Source of the DNA: Microbotryum violaceum
Taxonomy: Eukaryota
NCBI GenBank assembly: GCA_001244265.2
Contig: CDLV01000010.1
Location: forward strand, 868,001 to 932,000
Direction: 5' to 3'
Length of the DNA: 64,000 nucleotides
Position numbers and translations under genes: made by a program. Of this stretch, positions 35,898-49,091 are shown one piece after another; the stretch's first letter is position 1, and the number at the start of each line of letters is the position of its first letter. The notes beneath the pieces are model-generated. The model saw only the letters and a list, made by a program, of their open reading frames with translations, was not told where the DNA came from and made no database searches.

Positions 35898-38379
35898 CTA
35901 CTTGCCCTCCTTCTTCTTCCCAAACGAAAACTTGCCCCCCTTGAGCGGGTCCTGTCGTCGCGGCTGACCCGCACTACCCTTACCCCCGTGACCGCCCCTT
36001 CCACCCCTCCCCCCCTTTCCCCCTCTCTGCGCTTTGTGGAAGGGTACTCTCGATTGACTAGGATCGAAAGGTTTCGTTCCCCCCGTATTGACTTGGTTCA
36101 ATGCTTCGGCTGGGTCGGTCGAGGATCCGACGGCGGCGATTCGGGGCATCAGGTACGAGGGGACGTGTTTCAGGTGAGGTTGGACGCGCGAAGGGTGCAG
36201 GGGTTTATCGTGGCGTAGGAAGGCGAGGTCTTTGGGGTTGTCTTCGAAATGAGCCTGTCATAATTCACAAAGGGAAAGAAAAGGATGAGCATCGGTCTAT
36301 TCAGCAAATCGGATCACGCTCTAACGACTGACCTTCAGCTTGTCCGAGTTGACAACCTCGTTCTTGATCTCCTTGATCCTCGCCTCCCTCACCGCGGCTT
36401 TGGTCACACTCCTCAACGCATCCTCCATTCGATATCTGAAACCTTCAACCTGCTTAAGATCAAACTTGTACTCCTTGACCTCCCCACCCCTCCCCTTTTG
36501 CGCCTTCTCAATCCTAGCGAATACGGTTTCGTCCCGGATTGCCGTAGGGAGCGAAACGTCATTCTGTTTCTTCAGACCGTGCGATTCCTTAGGCACCACG
36601 AACGACAACGAAGTTCCCGTCCTCCCTGCTCGGGCCGTTCGTCCTACACGATGGGTATAAGATCGCGAAGAGAAGGGAAGATCGAAATTGATGACGCAGG
36701 CGACGTCGACGAAATCGACACCTCGCGAGACACCGTATTCAGTCGTCGAGGCTTTGACAGAAGCTTCTTTGGGGTTGCGCTTGCGCTTCTTGGTTCCTGC
36801 GCTCGCATCGGTCGTCGTCGTTTCAGCGGCAGGTTGAGTCGTGAGGACTGCGAGTGACAAGGACTTGGATCGATCAGAACGAGCTGCTTCTCTCCTTCTG
36901 CGCTCGCACTTCATAGCCACTCACACGTTGGTGCTCCCTCACCCTCCGCCTCGATATGACCCGTTGCCAGATCCTCATCCGCCGCTCCGTCCCGGTCGTG
37001 CCCTTCCAGGCCACTCTCATCCGTCGCGATCAGGTAACCAAACACCCCTCGGTTAAACTCTTGCACGGCATGGTACCTCGAATTGAACGGCAATTCCGAG
37101 TTCAACACCCCGGATTGTATACCGAATTTCTCGAGGTAGAGCTTGAGACGGTATCCACGGTCGGTATTGTTGACGAAGATGAGACACTTGCCCTTGATGA
37201 GGCGGAGTTTGAGGATGACGTAGATGAGTAGGAACTTGTCTTCTTCGGTGCAGCTGCGGAGAGCAGGTAGGAGGTTTAGCAACGCGCGTCGCCTTGGGTA
37301 TAAGCGAGCGGAGGACTTGCCGAACGAAGAATTGAGAGAGATTAGCGATCTCGTCATCGTCGTCTTCGAGTTTGAGAACGATCTAGGAGTATGGGAAAGC
37401 ATCTGCGTGAGCAACAATTTGATTCGAAGAACAATACTATCAAAGACTTACGGGGTTCCTCAACAAGATACCCTTCAACTCTTCGACTTGGCCGGTCAAG
37501 GTGGCGCTCATCAAGAAGGATTGGTACACCTTAGGCAGGCCCCAAGGACCATTGAGGATTGATCGAATGTCTTCAGACGAGTGGCCGTACGAAAGAATCA
37601 GATCGGCTTCGTCGATGACGAGATGAGTCAGGTCTGCCAGGTGAAGTGTCTATGGGTTGGGAGGGGGTCAGTCCCATTGGTGAGTCTACGTCGAGTTGCC
37701 GAGCTGAACGGACCTGAGATCGGAGGTGAGTCAATGCCCTTGAGGGTGTCGCAATGACAATCGAAGGTCGATCCGCGAGTTGGACTCTGTACATGCAAGC
37801 GTGGACGTTTGATCAGTGACCAGCAAGAGCGCCGACCCGAGATGGAGAAGAAACTGACTTGTCCTCGACGCCTCTCTTGGCAATTTTTCGCTTCTTGTTT
37901 GCCTTTGGATCAACCCCACCGGCGATATTGATGAGGCCAATCTCATCATCATCCGAAAGCCCCAGACCCTGGATGAGCTTGTTAACCTGTCCGCGGACTT
38001 GCTCGGCCAACTCCCTCGTCGGAACGAGGATCAAGGCCTTGGTCCCCTTGACGGAAGAGGAGGACGAGTTGGCTGCGCGCTGAGTGAGCAGAGCATGCAG
38101 GATCGGAATGGCGTAGGCAATCGTCTTGCCCGATCCTGTTCGTGCTCGGGCCAAGAGATCACGATGGGTCGAGATGGCCAACGGGATCAACGAGGCTTGG
38201 ATCGGCGTCGCGACGGGGAACTGGGAAGCGGCCAAGGAGCGGAGCAACAAGGGGTGCAGCACCGGTTCCAGTGAGGCGAACGAGATTGGCTTGGCTTGAT
38301 GGGACGTCTTGGTCACTGCTGGGGCTATTGTGGGCGTGACCGAAGTCGAAGTCGAGGTGGAAGGCTCGCCCGACTGCAT
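35898..38379 (-). CDS. DBP9: DEAD-box RNA helicase Dbp9 (60S biogenesis), multi-exon
   Basis: [72 protein letters not shown]. Confidence 0.95.
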
Positions 38380-38800
38380 TGTCGCTGGGACTTGAGCGAT
38401 CGAGGAGACGGAGGAACGGACGGAGGCTCAGGAGAGGAGGTGTGCACGATCGGAAATACCTTGTGAACTACTACGTTCCTTGACTGGTATTGAGGGGTGG
38501 GCGTGGAAGTAAGTCGGACCGTAGAGTGGAGTACGAGTGGAATAATGACGACGGTAGCTCAAGCCAGCTCCGCTCGAGCTCGATCACAGCAGCTCCGCAC
38601 TTCGCAGCCGTGCTCAGCCATCGGCCCAATTGCTTCGCAGCCGATCACGCGCTTGCAGCAGGCGCTTGCGCTCGGACCGCTTCTGCGCGAGCAACGGAAC
38701 AGAACGGAGCAGAACAGCGCTTCCTGGAGCTTCAATTCTTCAAGCTCGAGCTCCTCAGCGCTCCGTTTGGACTCTTCACCCCGGCAACCGTCCGCTTAAA

Positions 38801-41800
38801 ATGGGAGTCGATCACCAACAGCTGTTCTACCAGCTCCGGTCGACCTCGACTCCGCTGAGCGACAAGCTGCAGCTCATCAACTCGACTCTGGCCTCGTCCT
38901 CGTCCTCGTCGGCTTCCTCGACAGCTCTCGGTCAATTGCTCCGGGATTGGATCGTCGAACTCTTCCTTCGATCCAAGCATGTCGATCAGACGATCTTGTC
39001 GCCGCAGTGGTGGCAGCTGCTCGACTCGCTCTCGACGGGCACCTCCACCAGCTCGTCCTTGTCGCTGCCCGCCGCACCGACGTTGCCCATCCTCACCAGC
39101 TTTCTCACGCACTACCCCTCCGTGAAGAATCTTCCAAGCGATCAAGCTGTCGAGCTCGTGTCCCATGTCGCCGCCGTGTGGAGTCATTGGTCCACCTCGG
39201 CCCTGCGCAAGGCCAACATTGACCAAGCGCTCGATTCCTACTCGACGCTCCTCAACTCGTCCATCCTAGTGCTTCAGCGAGCTGCACCCGACACCGAACC
39301 ATGGCAGCAACTCGGATTAATCCATATTCAATCCTTGAACCTCATCATCAATTCGGCCGGCAAAGGAAGTAAAAAGGTGCGCGAGACTCCCCTTTGACCA
39401 TTCGAGTCAAAATCTTCTGTTCTCGGGAGATGTCAACTCACACACCTCTTTTTGCTCCCTCACACAGGTCGCTTCTCACGCCCTGTCTTCCCTTTCATCC
39501 TTCCTCCCAACGATTCAACTCCTCCGCTCTTCCTCTCCGCTCCACCAAGCCCTCCTCCGCACTCTCCAATCGTCCCTTTTCAACGTCGAGAATCTACGCA
39601 AAGGGCTCGCGCGAGAATCCTACCATGCCAATTCGTCCTCGAGTGGATCGACCGTTAATGGCGCTACCGCAACGGGAGGCGCGGCGTCCTTGATCTACGA
39701 TGAGAATGGGAATAGGACGGAGAGTGCGGCGGGAGAGTTGCTCGCGGTTTTGAAGGGAATGCATGATGGAGTTGGACCGGAGGCGCAGGTGAAGAAGAAC
39801 AATGGTCAGCTTGCTTTGCTATATGTATCGAAACGCATGGTGGTGTACTGACCACCTCGATCTGTCACACAGTCCTCGAGATCATCCCCGTTCTTACCCG
39901 ACTCTACTTTGACGCTCTTGCAACCCATGCCTTGGTCTTGTTCCCGCTGCCCTCCTCCCAAGCGAACCACTTTGCGACCCCCTCGGCCGCCCGCTCGGCC
40001 TTCGAACTCCACTCCTTGACAAAACGACGTCACCTCGCCGCGACTTGGACCCGAGGCGTCTGTCTCAACCTACTTCAATGGATTCATAAGACCAATAATT
40101 TGGGATCGGAGCTAGATCACCTCAAGACGAAATGTCTGTCTGACGTCCTAACCGTGATCGAAACGCAGGATCTGCATCGGGATGGGAAAGAGGAAGGATG
40201 GGAGGGGTGTTTGGAAATGATTGTCTTGGGCGCGATGAATCGGCTCGATGATGATACCAGCTTCGAAGTGTTGAGTTTGGTCACCAGGATGAACTTCGAT
40301 GCCGTTAGTCCCAAACTCGAGAAAGGGCTCAAGTACCTCTCCACGACGCCGATCTCGACGAATCAAAACCACCGAGGAAAACAGGAATGGCTTCACACCT
40401 TGCTCTCGCATTCCTCGAAGTCGTTCACGCTCTTACCGTTCCTGCATCACATTTCGCAAGCGATCGGGTCCGAAGCGTCGCACAATGGATGCATCAACAA
40501 CTACCTGACGAAGATCGAGTTTTTGGACGCGTTAAGGGAGAGATTGGGTGGGATCGTTCCTGGGTTAGGTGTCAAGGATGCGTTCGAGCAATTGAGTCAA
40601 GGAATACGAGCAGCTCTTGAAGAGGGAGAAACTGCTCAACCCGTTGAACCGGTGGAAGTGGAACAGGAGGGGAGGACCAAGAAACGACGCAAGGTCTCTT
40701 CATCATCGGCTGTTCCTATCGAGTCGAACACAGTTCGAGCGAGCTCGAGCACCGCGGCTCTCATCGGCCGTTCGAGGATATTGACACTCTTTATCCAGGC
40801 GCTTCCAACACCTCTACCACTCGAACACTTTGGATTGTTCAACAAGGACGTCTTGGAACCGTTCCTCAAGACCTCTCTCGGATCGAAGCATGCTAGTCGG
40901 GAAGAGGTCGTTGCGGGTGTAGAGCTGCTTCGAGTGAGGGAAGCGATGCTCGAACGAATGCGATTCGAAGGTATTGTCGAAGCAGAGGCGGAATGGGCGT
41001 TGGACAAAGCGGTCAATAAACGCCTGATCAAATTGGTCCAGGATGACGAGGAGGGGTTTGTCGCGGTTGAGGTCGCGCGGACGTTGTTGCAAGGGTTCGA
41101 GAAGGGAGCTGACAAGGCGACGGCAGAGCACGTCATCGATACCATTTCGAGTAGATGTGCTCCGGGATCGACGGACGGACGAGCGTGGGATGGCTACCTT
41201 CGACGGATGGATATGGGCCAATTGCCAACCGCATTGTGGGAACTCGTAACGCGGCGGCATTTAGCGCTATTCGAACGCCTGGGATCCGAGACATCTCTCT
41301 GGTCCATTGCCAAAAAAATTGTGTCCAATATCACCACGGATCAAGTCAAAGACGAGGATCTGACGATCAAGTCCATCACTCGGCGACTCCTTCGGCGCGC
41401 GGATCTCTACGAGCTTCCTCGCCTGCGCCAACAATTTCACCTCGCGTTATCGGCCATAACCTCGGTAGAAGGGTTACAAGCACCGTCGACAGTCCTTAAA
41501 GCCCTCTCGGCCTCCAAGGTACCCAAGTCACTGGGATCGATCAAGCCTAGCAAATTAGTCGAGGTCATCGGCTTGTTCGGTTCGATCGGCTCGATGCTCC
41601 CGATGCAATACCTGGGCAAGTCGCTGCGCAACGAATTGGTCGAACGAGCTTTCGGACTGGATCTTTGGATTGGAGGTGGGAAGAGTGGTGTAGAGAGAGA
41701 ACTTGTTGAGGGCTTGCAGATAGGTCTGCGGAATTTCGTGATACTTGTCATGGAGGGAGGTTCCATCTCGGTGAGTTTCAAGCTTCTGCGTGGTCGGTGA

Positions 41801-43774
41801 CTTCCAGCTCGGGCTGCTGATACGAACCCTAATCTTGGCGAACGCAGCCACCCTCGGTTGCTGTCATCTCTCGTCTCATCTCAAGTGCCGACCTTGAAGC
41901 CTCGAGAGAATACCTCACCACCATCAACGACCTCTACCGCAACTTAGCACAGTCCGCCATCGTATCTTTCAAAGATACGTCATCACCAGCTCGCCTGATC
42001 GAAATGGTGGCCGCATTCGAGAAGCCTCTTAGCGGTCTTTCAAGTCGTTTCAGGCGAGGAGGGGCGCAACTCATGAGTGAGGAGAAGGCTTATACGACAC
42101 TTTTGGACGTCTTGGTGGTCGAGGGCTTGGGTCGCGCCGAGGGGTGAGTTTGCTGCTCGGCTCAACCGCTGTATTTTCGACGCTCTGACGCAATAGGTTG
42201 TGACGCATAGACTACCCGAGGGCCTTCGAACAGCAATCGCCTCTTCAGTTCAAGCTGTCACAAATCCTTTTGGCAAGACACTCAAGGCTGCGACTCAACA
42301 AGTCGTTTCCGAGCCCAAGATGGTCTTTGCTCTGGCGGATTTGATCAACTCGTGTTGCTCCATTTGGCGCGCCAAGGACTGGCTCGCAAATGATGCCTCA
42401 GAGTGCGACGAAGTCGATACGTACACCGCATTCGCACAAGCTACACTTGGAGCAACAGTCTCCCACATTGTTTCGGGGCAAGCGAACACGATGGCGGCCG
42501 AGTCGGCCATCGCTGCAACTTGTCTCGCGATCGCCGAGCTGCTCGCTTACCGAATCGGTCGGACGAGGACCATGTCGAAGGATCTCAAGGTGTCTTCAGC
42601 GGCTTTTGAGACGCTCGTTGCGTGCCATCTAGCCTTTTATGAGCATGTCTCGAGCATATCATCCATCACCTCGGCTCTGGACGCCAGCCTGACCCGCGCC
42701 ACCTCTGGCGCGACCCCGACTGAATATAGCGCCGCCTTGAATGATATCAGCTCCAGCGTCGCGGTCCTTGCCGCCGAGTGTGCAACACGGCCTGGATCTC
42801 GGACGATCGAGGCGACGCTACATGTCGCTCTCGTTTTACTCAGAGACGGACCTGAAGGATCAACCAAGATCAGCTCCGGGTGTCTTTCGAACCTCTTGCA
42901 GGTCTTCCCGACCTTGCTGATGAACCTCACCTTGACTTCTACCTCCGCGGACGGGGAGGCGATCGCTCGGACGTACCTGTTCATGGCCAAGTTCATCGAA
43001 GGCCTGTGCGGTGATCGACCGATGTTGTTCACGCGTCTCAATGTCGCTGCCATCTTTGGGATCGTACGAAGATTGTTGAACCCGTCGACGATCGAACCAA
43101 CGGCCAAGACAGCCGTCCCGCCGGCGATCACCTCGGAGCTCTTCCTTGCCCTCGTATCGATCATCTCTCATCTCGTGCGCCATCGCAAAGATCATATCAC
43201 CCCCCTGTTCCATCAACTCGTCGGTGTTCTCGGAGCCATGCTCACGGCGCTTCGTCGAAGTGGGTACGGTACAACCACAGGGTCAGACGAACTCGACCCG
43301 TTGATTCCTACCGAGCACATGACATTGGGTAAGCGGGCCGACCGAACGACGGCAGCGACGTTCCCTTTCTGGGTCTGGTACGGTGGGTTGCAAACGATCG
43401 GTCGCGAGCATGCCAAAGCGATCGGCCGATTGTTGATCAGTCTCTCGACCAAGACGACGACATTGACGACGACGACGTCTTCTTTAGCAATGGCTACTAA
43501 GTCGAAATTGACCTCATCTCTCGTCGCACCTCTATCAAAACATGCGCCTTTCCTCATTCTCATCTACCTTCGCGCGTCCGTGCATTCAACAAGTCCGATC
43601 CCTTTGACCCTGAGGAGCGAGTTACAAGGCGGCTGGTTTGAAGTAATGGATGCGATGGGCAAGTGGGAACGCGAGGCACTGATGAAGGGCTTCTTGAAGG
43701 ACGAGGATGAGGCCGAACGGGCCGTATTGCGCCGGATGTGGAAGGCTTACGAGAAGGAACGCTACAGAGGATGA
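38801..43774 (+). CDS. URB2: Nucleolar pre-ribosomal protein Urb2/Npa2, multi-exon
   Basis: Very large helical protein with C-terminal Urb2-type region LSKHAPFLILIY...LQGGWFEVMDAM...ERAVLRRMWKAYEKERYRG*. Confidence 0.8.
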
Positions 43775-43877
43775 TGTTTAGAGAAAGATGTCGTGAGGTA
43801 TGCAATTGCAAATGCGGTTATTGTTACACAACTTGGTGAATCTATGGTGCAACGAGATACTAAAGGCTTGGGCCTTT

Positions 43878-45661
43878 TCATTCGATCACGATCTGGCGAT
43901 CGACCTTGACCATCACATGCTGGACGGTGACGGATGGGGATGTCGGGTGGCGGGCGATGCTATTCGAGGACGGCCGTCTGAGGGAGGCGAGGGAAATGGT
44001 CCTCGGCAACTTCTGGAAAAGGGTGGTAGGACGATTTAGAACAAAGGCTCGCGGGGAGGACTCAGAGGAGCCTGCTGACAAAACTGACCTGGACCGGTCG
44101 CGTCTTTGGGAGCGATTGCGATTGCTTGTCAAAGGGGCTCTCGTAATTCGGCTGTTCGTGCGGCTCCTGATCCGAAACGGCTTTCTCGAGATCATCGCAC
44201 GATCCAATCTTCCCTTCTTTGACCATTGTAGTTGGCCAATCCTTCCGACCACATCTGGCCTGGATCAAACGCTCAAAGGCACTGGTATCGAGTTTGGCCT
44301 GGATTGTTTTCACGCAGAGCCTCGCCGGCGTCCGGGGTTGGCGCGAGCCGGGGTTCGAGCTTGGGTCAGGCGTGAGACCGAGAACGGTGCGCCACCTCTC
44401 GCGCGAGTTGATGGTGATGAGGCACGACAAGAAGGAGATGCGAGGAAGTGCCTCTGTTGGAGAGCAAGTAACCAAGCCGATCAGCCTGCGTTTAAGACCT
44501 CGACAAAGCAAGGGTCGTCCTGAACATACCAATGAATGGCAACCAGGCCTGCAGAGAGAAGAGATCACATCAGCACACTTTCAGTTAAGATGCAGATGTA
44601 TAGTTCTGCAGTCAAAGTACTGACATTTGAGGTGGTCCACACCGTGATGTACAGAACGGCACCGATGATAGCGACTGATCATCAAATAAGGTCGACAACG
44701 GATTGAGCAGGCGGATACTTCGCCAATGGGCAGTGTTCCCAATCCGCTTTACTGACCTATCGCTGTAAGACTGCCGGTGGCGCATGTAAGACGAACCAAA
44801 GCTTCGAAAGGACGGTTCCGCGCTCCATCGACTGTGCGCATCAACCGCTTGATTCGGACGGTCAAGACCACGGACGTAAGGAGATCAAGAGCCACGGCGA
44901 GCAGCGCCAGCGCGATTGACAATTGACCGATCTGATGCCATCACGGGGACGCAAAAATTGAGCGATCCGTCACTGACTTGACCTCGGTTCCACTAGTAAA
45001 GGAACGTACCATCACCCATTTCGTTGGATCGTTGCCATAGCAAAACCCCATGACCGCGACGCCCAGCGCGGTCGCGAACTCGCCAAGCATGCATACAACG
45101 GCAGCACCGAGGAACAGCCACGACTGCGAGCTCCTCCATGCTCGCTCAACGAACCAACTCTGTCCCGTGATATTGCACAGTGCGCAGAGAATCGTCCACG
45201 CATAGTCCTCGGCATGGAAAGCGAGCGTGTAGATCGGATCGCCGCCGTGTTGGATGAAGTATTTGTAGGCGCGGTGCCATTCGAGCCCAAGCGCAGCTGC
45301 CGTCAAACCGGCGCCGATCAAGACCACGGTCGCTTCGAATCGTTTTGCGGTGCGTCGCTCTTGGCAGACCCACTGAGTGCACAGCGCGAATATGAGGCCC
45401 TGTAATCCGTGTAATTCACTCAGTACTTCTGGCTTTGCAGCGTGATCGCTGAGCATCCTTGATACATCAAGTATTCCGGCGGGGGCCGGAGCTGGCGTTG
45501 ACGCGCTAGGAAATGGACCGGCGGCCGTCCGACCAGAGGCGCGCCGCCACAGACAGGCTCACCGTAAGAAGGCTGCCGATCAGAAACGTCCACATCATGG
45601 GCTGGAGGTAGGTGTGATGCTGGGCCAACATCTCGGCCGGGAACTGAGGGGCCCACTCCAT
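43878..45661 (-). CDS. Multi-pass integral membrane protein, DUF6534-like basidiomycete family, multi-exon
   Basis: MEWAPQF..PMMWTFLIG, AYKYFIQHGGDP, GQSWFVERAWR, ALDLLTSVVL, LPRISFLSCLITINSRERWR; about seven hydrophobic segments and a polar C-terminal tail. Confidence 0.7.
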
Positions 45662-47418
45662 AACGACAAGGGGCCGCGCTATCGCTCAGGAGGTGTGTGC
45701 ACTCAGTGCAGTTCCTCTGCGGCTGTCGGTATCTGAAGTGAAGGGCAGAAGTGGAACAGTTCCCGTCGCGAAAATGTTTGACCGCAATTTGAGTTCCCCT
45801 CGACAACCCAGGGGCAGCCCCCCTCAGCCCCCTAGCCTTGGCCGCGTGCTTCTATCAGGACCGCAGGCGTTCTGGGCCGTTACAGGCCGGAGGAGCGTGA
45901 ACTCAGGCTGCCCGGGAGCCTGCCCAATTCGGAAACTGATGCGCAGAGCTGCTGCTCGGCACTTCTCGAAGCTTCCGAGGTTCAGGAAGTTGTCCTGCTC
46001 CTGGCAACGCTTCCGTGATGCAATCTCTCATACTCATACGCGTGCAGAAGTCTGCTCATCAACTTCTGCTTAGTCCCACAGAACTGGCACTGGTTTTCTC
46101 TAAGTAGACATCCCAACGTTGGAATTTCTAGCTCGACAATCGACGACGACTGCGCGGGCGCGCCAACCAGCACGTGGCTCCGCCACTGGTGCAATGGCGG
46201 CCGGCAGCCCTGTCGGAGGCGGCAGAGATATCAGTCAGGCTGCAAGACTAGTGTACAACACAAATAGATACCTAACCCTACGTACACGAACACTAATAAT
46301 AATTGACTGCCACAAAAAAAGCCTCGAGTCCGGCAAGACACCTTTCTACGACAAGGCACGAAATTCTACGGTACCGGCGCGTGAGGACGAGATCGGCACC
46401 AGCGGCGCGCAAGGGCGATAGAGGGCGCTCTTGCCAATTGAATCGCCCATTGACAATTGACCCGACCTTCTTCTGCTTCTGCCACGAAACCCGGAGGCGT
46501 CAATTTGGCACCTCGAGTCAATAATAAAACGTTGCTCCCGACCGTAGCGAGTTTGCACTGAGACAGGCTGCCCATTTGATCAGCTGGGCCGGGGACAGCA
46601 AGGATACGGGATCACCAAAAAGCGTGGGCGGGAACCCGGCCCAGCTGCAGGAGGAGTCAGTACGTCAGTGAGAGGCATCCACTCATTCCACTGCTCTCGG
46701 AGAAGGGAGGGATAGAGTGCATCTAGCCAAAGGAAGAGTGTAGGTTGTATGGAGAAAGACGGGGAAAAGGATGGGATGTTGACCTGGGGTAAGGCGGAAC
46801 AGGTGTTGTAAGTTTTAGTCAGGTCAGAGGCGCCCATTGCTTGAATAATGTAGTCCAGCGCCCGATAAGGGTCGTTTCTGTTCGCAGACTAGCTGGAAGT
46901 TTTAAAGTCAGAGCAAGAACATTCTCACTCTAGCCACCTAGACACCCGCATCGATATTCTTCTGCGCAACAAAGTCTCGATAAAAGGCTTGGACTTGGAC
47001 GTCGACAATTGCAAGCGCAGCAAATGGGCCGAGATTTGCGGGGGTCATCGGTCACTGCATTAGCGATCAGTATAGTTGGAGAGCTCCGCAGCTCTCAGCG
47101 ACCTCCGAGAATACCTACGACGAGAGAAATCCATCGCCTCATCGGACTCTCCGACAACGAGCTGGACTACTGGTGCAGCAACACGAACGTAGGTTGACTT
47201 GCCGCGAGCAGCAATATATAAATCGCGCACCACTAGAGCCCTCTTTTTCCGAAACTGTGCACACTTTTCAGGCTTATAACGGGACGAATAAATTGTGATT
47301 TGCGCGCAGTCCCAAGCTTGAGAAATGCTTGTGTTCGTGAGACTATTTGTGGGACTTGAGGAGGTGGTCTCATTTCCTGAAGACCAGCTTCGACAAAGGG
47401 CAGGTCCTGTGCACTGCC

Positions 47419-48759
47419 TCACAACTGCACCTCGCCAGCGCTGGTCCCTGCCTTCCACTTTTTGCCGACTCGCTCGGCCGACCGATATGCGAACTGATCT
47501 CCAAAGAGGTCGAAGGAGAGCTTCCGTGACGACGGGTTAGACTCATCCTTGGCAGCGAGAGGTAATGTGATGTCGAAAACTGAGCCCTGCTTTGGCACGA
47601 CTGATGTCTCACATGATATTACGAAGAAGTCAGCTGCGAGCTCAGCGGGTGTCACCGGGGTCTAAGGAACTTGTGCTCACGCTTGATCTGAGATTTCGCT
47701 GTGACAAGCTTGAAAGTTCCTTGGGTTTCTTGCAGGACGATACCTTGGATGCCAACCAGAGAAGGGTTCTTGGCTCGTTTCACTGTGGGACAGAAATCGA
47801 GTCGTTATTTTCTTCTCTTCGACCTCAAGACACCAAGAAGCGGGGTGAGCTCACCTGCGACGATGGAGCCCACGAACTCTGCTTTGACAAGCTTTGAATG
47901 CAAAGCCACGACATTGACATTGAGCTCGGACATTGGCGGCCCGTCGTGCTGTCGCGGCGGGAACATCGGGTACAGGGTCGTCTTGTCCAATTTTTGGGTC
48001 GCCGTCGTCGTGGTCGTCCCTATAGTGTCTTCCGTTGTCGACGAATCGATCGGTGGTGCCTCGAGACGAATGCCAAGTAGTTCCGACATGTACCCTAGCC
48101 ACAAATGATGCAACGGAAGCACCGAGTCATAGCTTTAAGGCGAGAAACGGAAACCGCGAGGTCAGCGACGGATGGCGTCTCCGTTGAACGCGGGCCTACG
48201 CACCGAATCTTCTCGTCCACAGTTCTGCCCAGTCTCTTTCGCCGAGCTTTCCCAACCAAGCCACACCCACTTTGCCTAATTTTGGCGAGTGTGCGCTTGT
48301 CTTTCTCGGCCTTTCTTGTCGCCAACTCGGCTTTCCGTCGATCCGACTCTTTGCCCTCGGGGGGCTCGAGTTGGAGGTACTTGTTGGCGATACGCTCCTG
48401 AGCGACATCGTCTGGGATATTAAGCGACTCTAGGTAAGGCTTGGACAAGACCGTGGATCGTGGATCGATCTGTACAAGTCGGAGAGGACAACTCAGCCCG
48501 AGGCGACCGTGCTGAGCCTACTGAAAACGCTCCCATTCGCAGTAGCAACAACAACAACTTCTGGGGAGGGAATATTTTATGAGAGGTGAAAACTCACTTT
48601 GCGACGGGTGGCAGGAGGCAGGATCGAGTAGGGTTGCCACGCTGAAGCCTTTTGACTCTGCGAGGGCTGTGACGACGACGACGGCTGGACAGCACGCGTT
48701 GATCCAGCTTTTACATTGGAGCTGGTTGCTCCACCTACGGCGGAAGCTTGTGTTGACAT
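47419..48759 (-). CDS. POP4: RNase P/MRP subunit Pop4/Rpp29, multi-exon
   Basis: PLHHLWLGYMSELL, KLVKAEFVGS, KNPSLVGIQGIVLQET, VPKQGSVF, LFGDQFAYRSAERVGKKWK. Confidence 0.92.
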
Positions 48760-48801
48760 GTTGCTAGAGGTCCGAACAGGTGGTGCGGAGCGCGGTGCGG
48801 G

Positions 48802-48809
48802 TCACGTGA
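48802..48809. promoter_or_regulatory. Palindromic TCACGTGA E-box in the POP4/AMACR divergent promoter
   Basis: Read directly. Function as a bHLH site is inference. Confidence 0.3.
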
Positions 48810-49091
48810 TAGTGACCGCTTCGGGGTCAGAGTGGGAGCTTGGGAGGAGCGCGTCGCTCGGGTCGCGGCCGGCGAAGACGTCGCCGGGGCAAGTCCTGCC
48901 CATTCTACGGCGCAATTGTAGGCAACTCAGCTGGGCGCCAGCTCGCCGGCGATCGGCGTGCAGCAGCCAGCAGATGCCTCGCGCGGGGCGTGCGACTTGA
49001 GCGAGCCCCCGGCTTCTTCTTCTCTCGCTGCATCTCCCGTCGTACATCCCCGCAATCCCTCCCGGATTCTCCTGCATCAAGAACGTCCCTA

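Noticed and set aside
45700..47400. 1.7-kb intergenic region with short ORFs and a CTAGT that could be a Helitron 3' end (46248)
   Set aside because: No tight subterminal hairpin, no recognisable protein and no convincing splice model.
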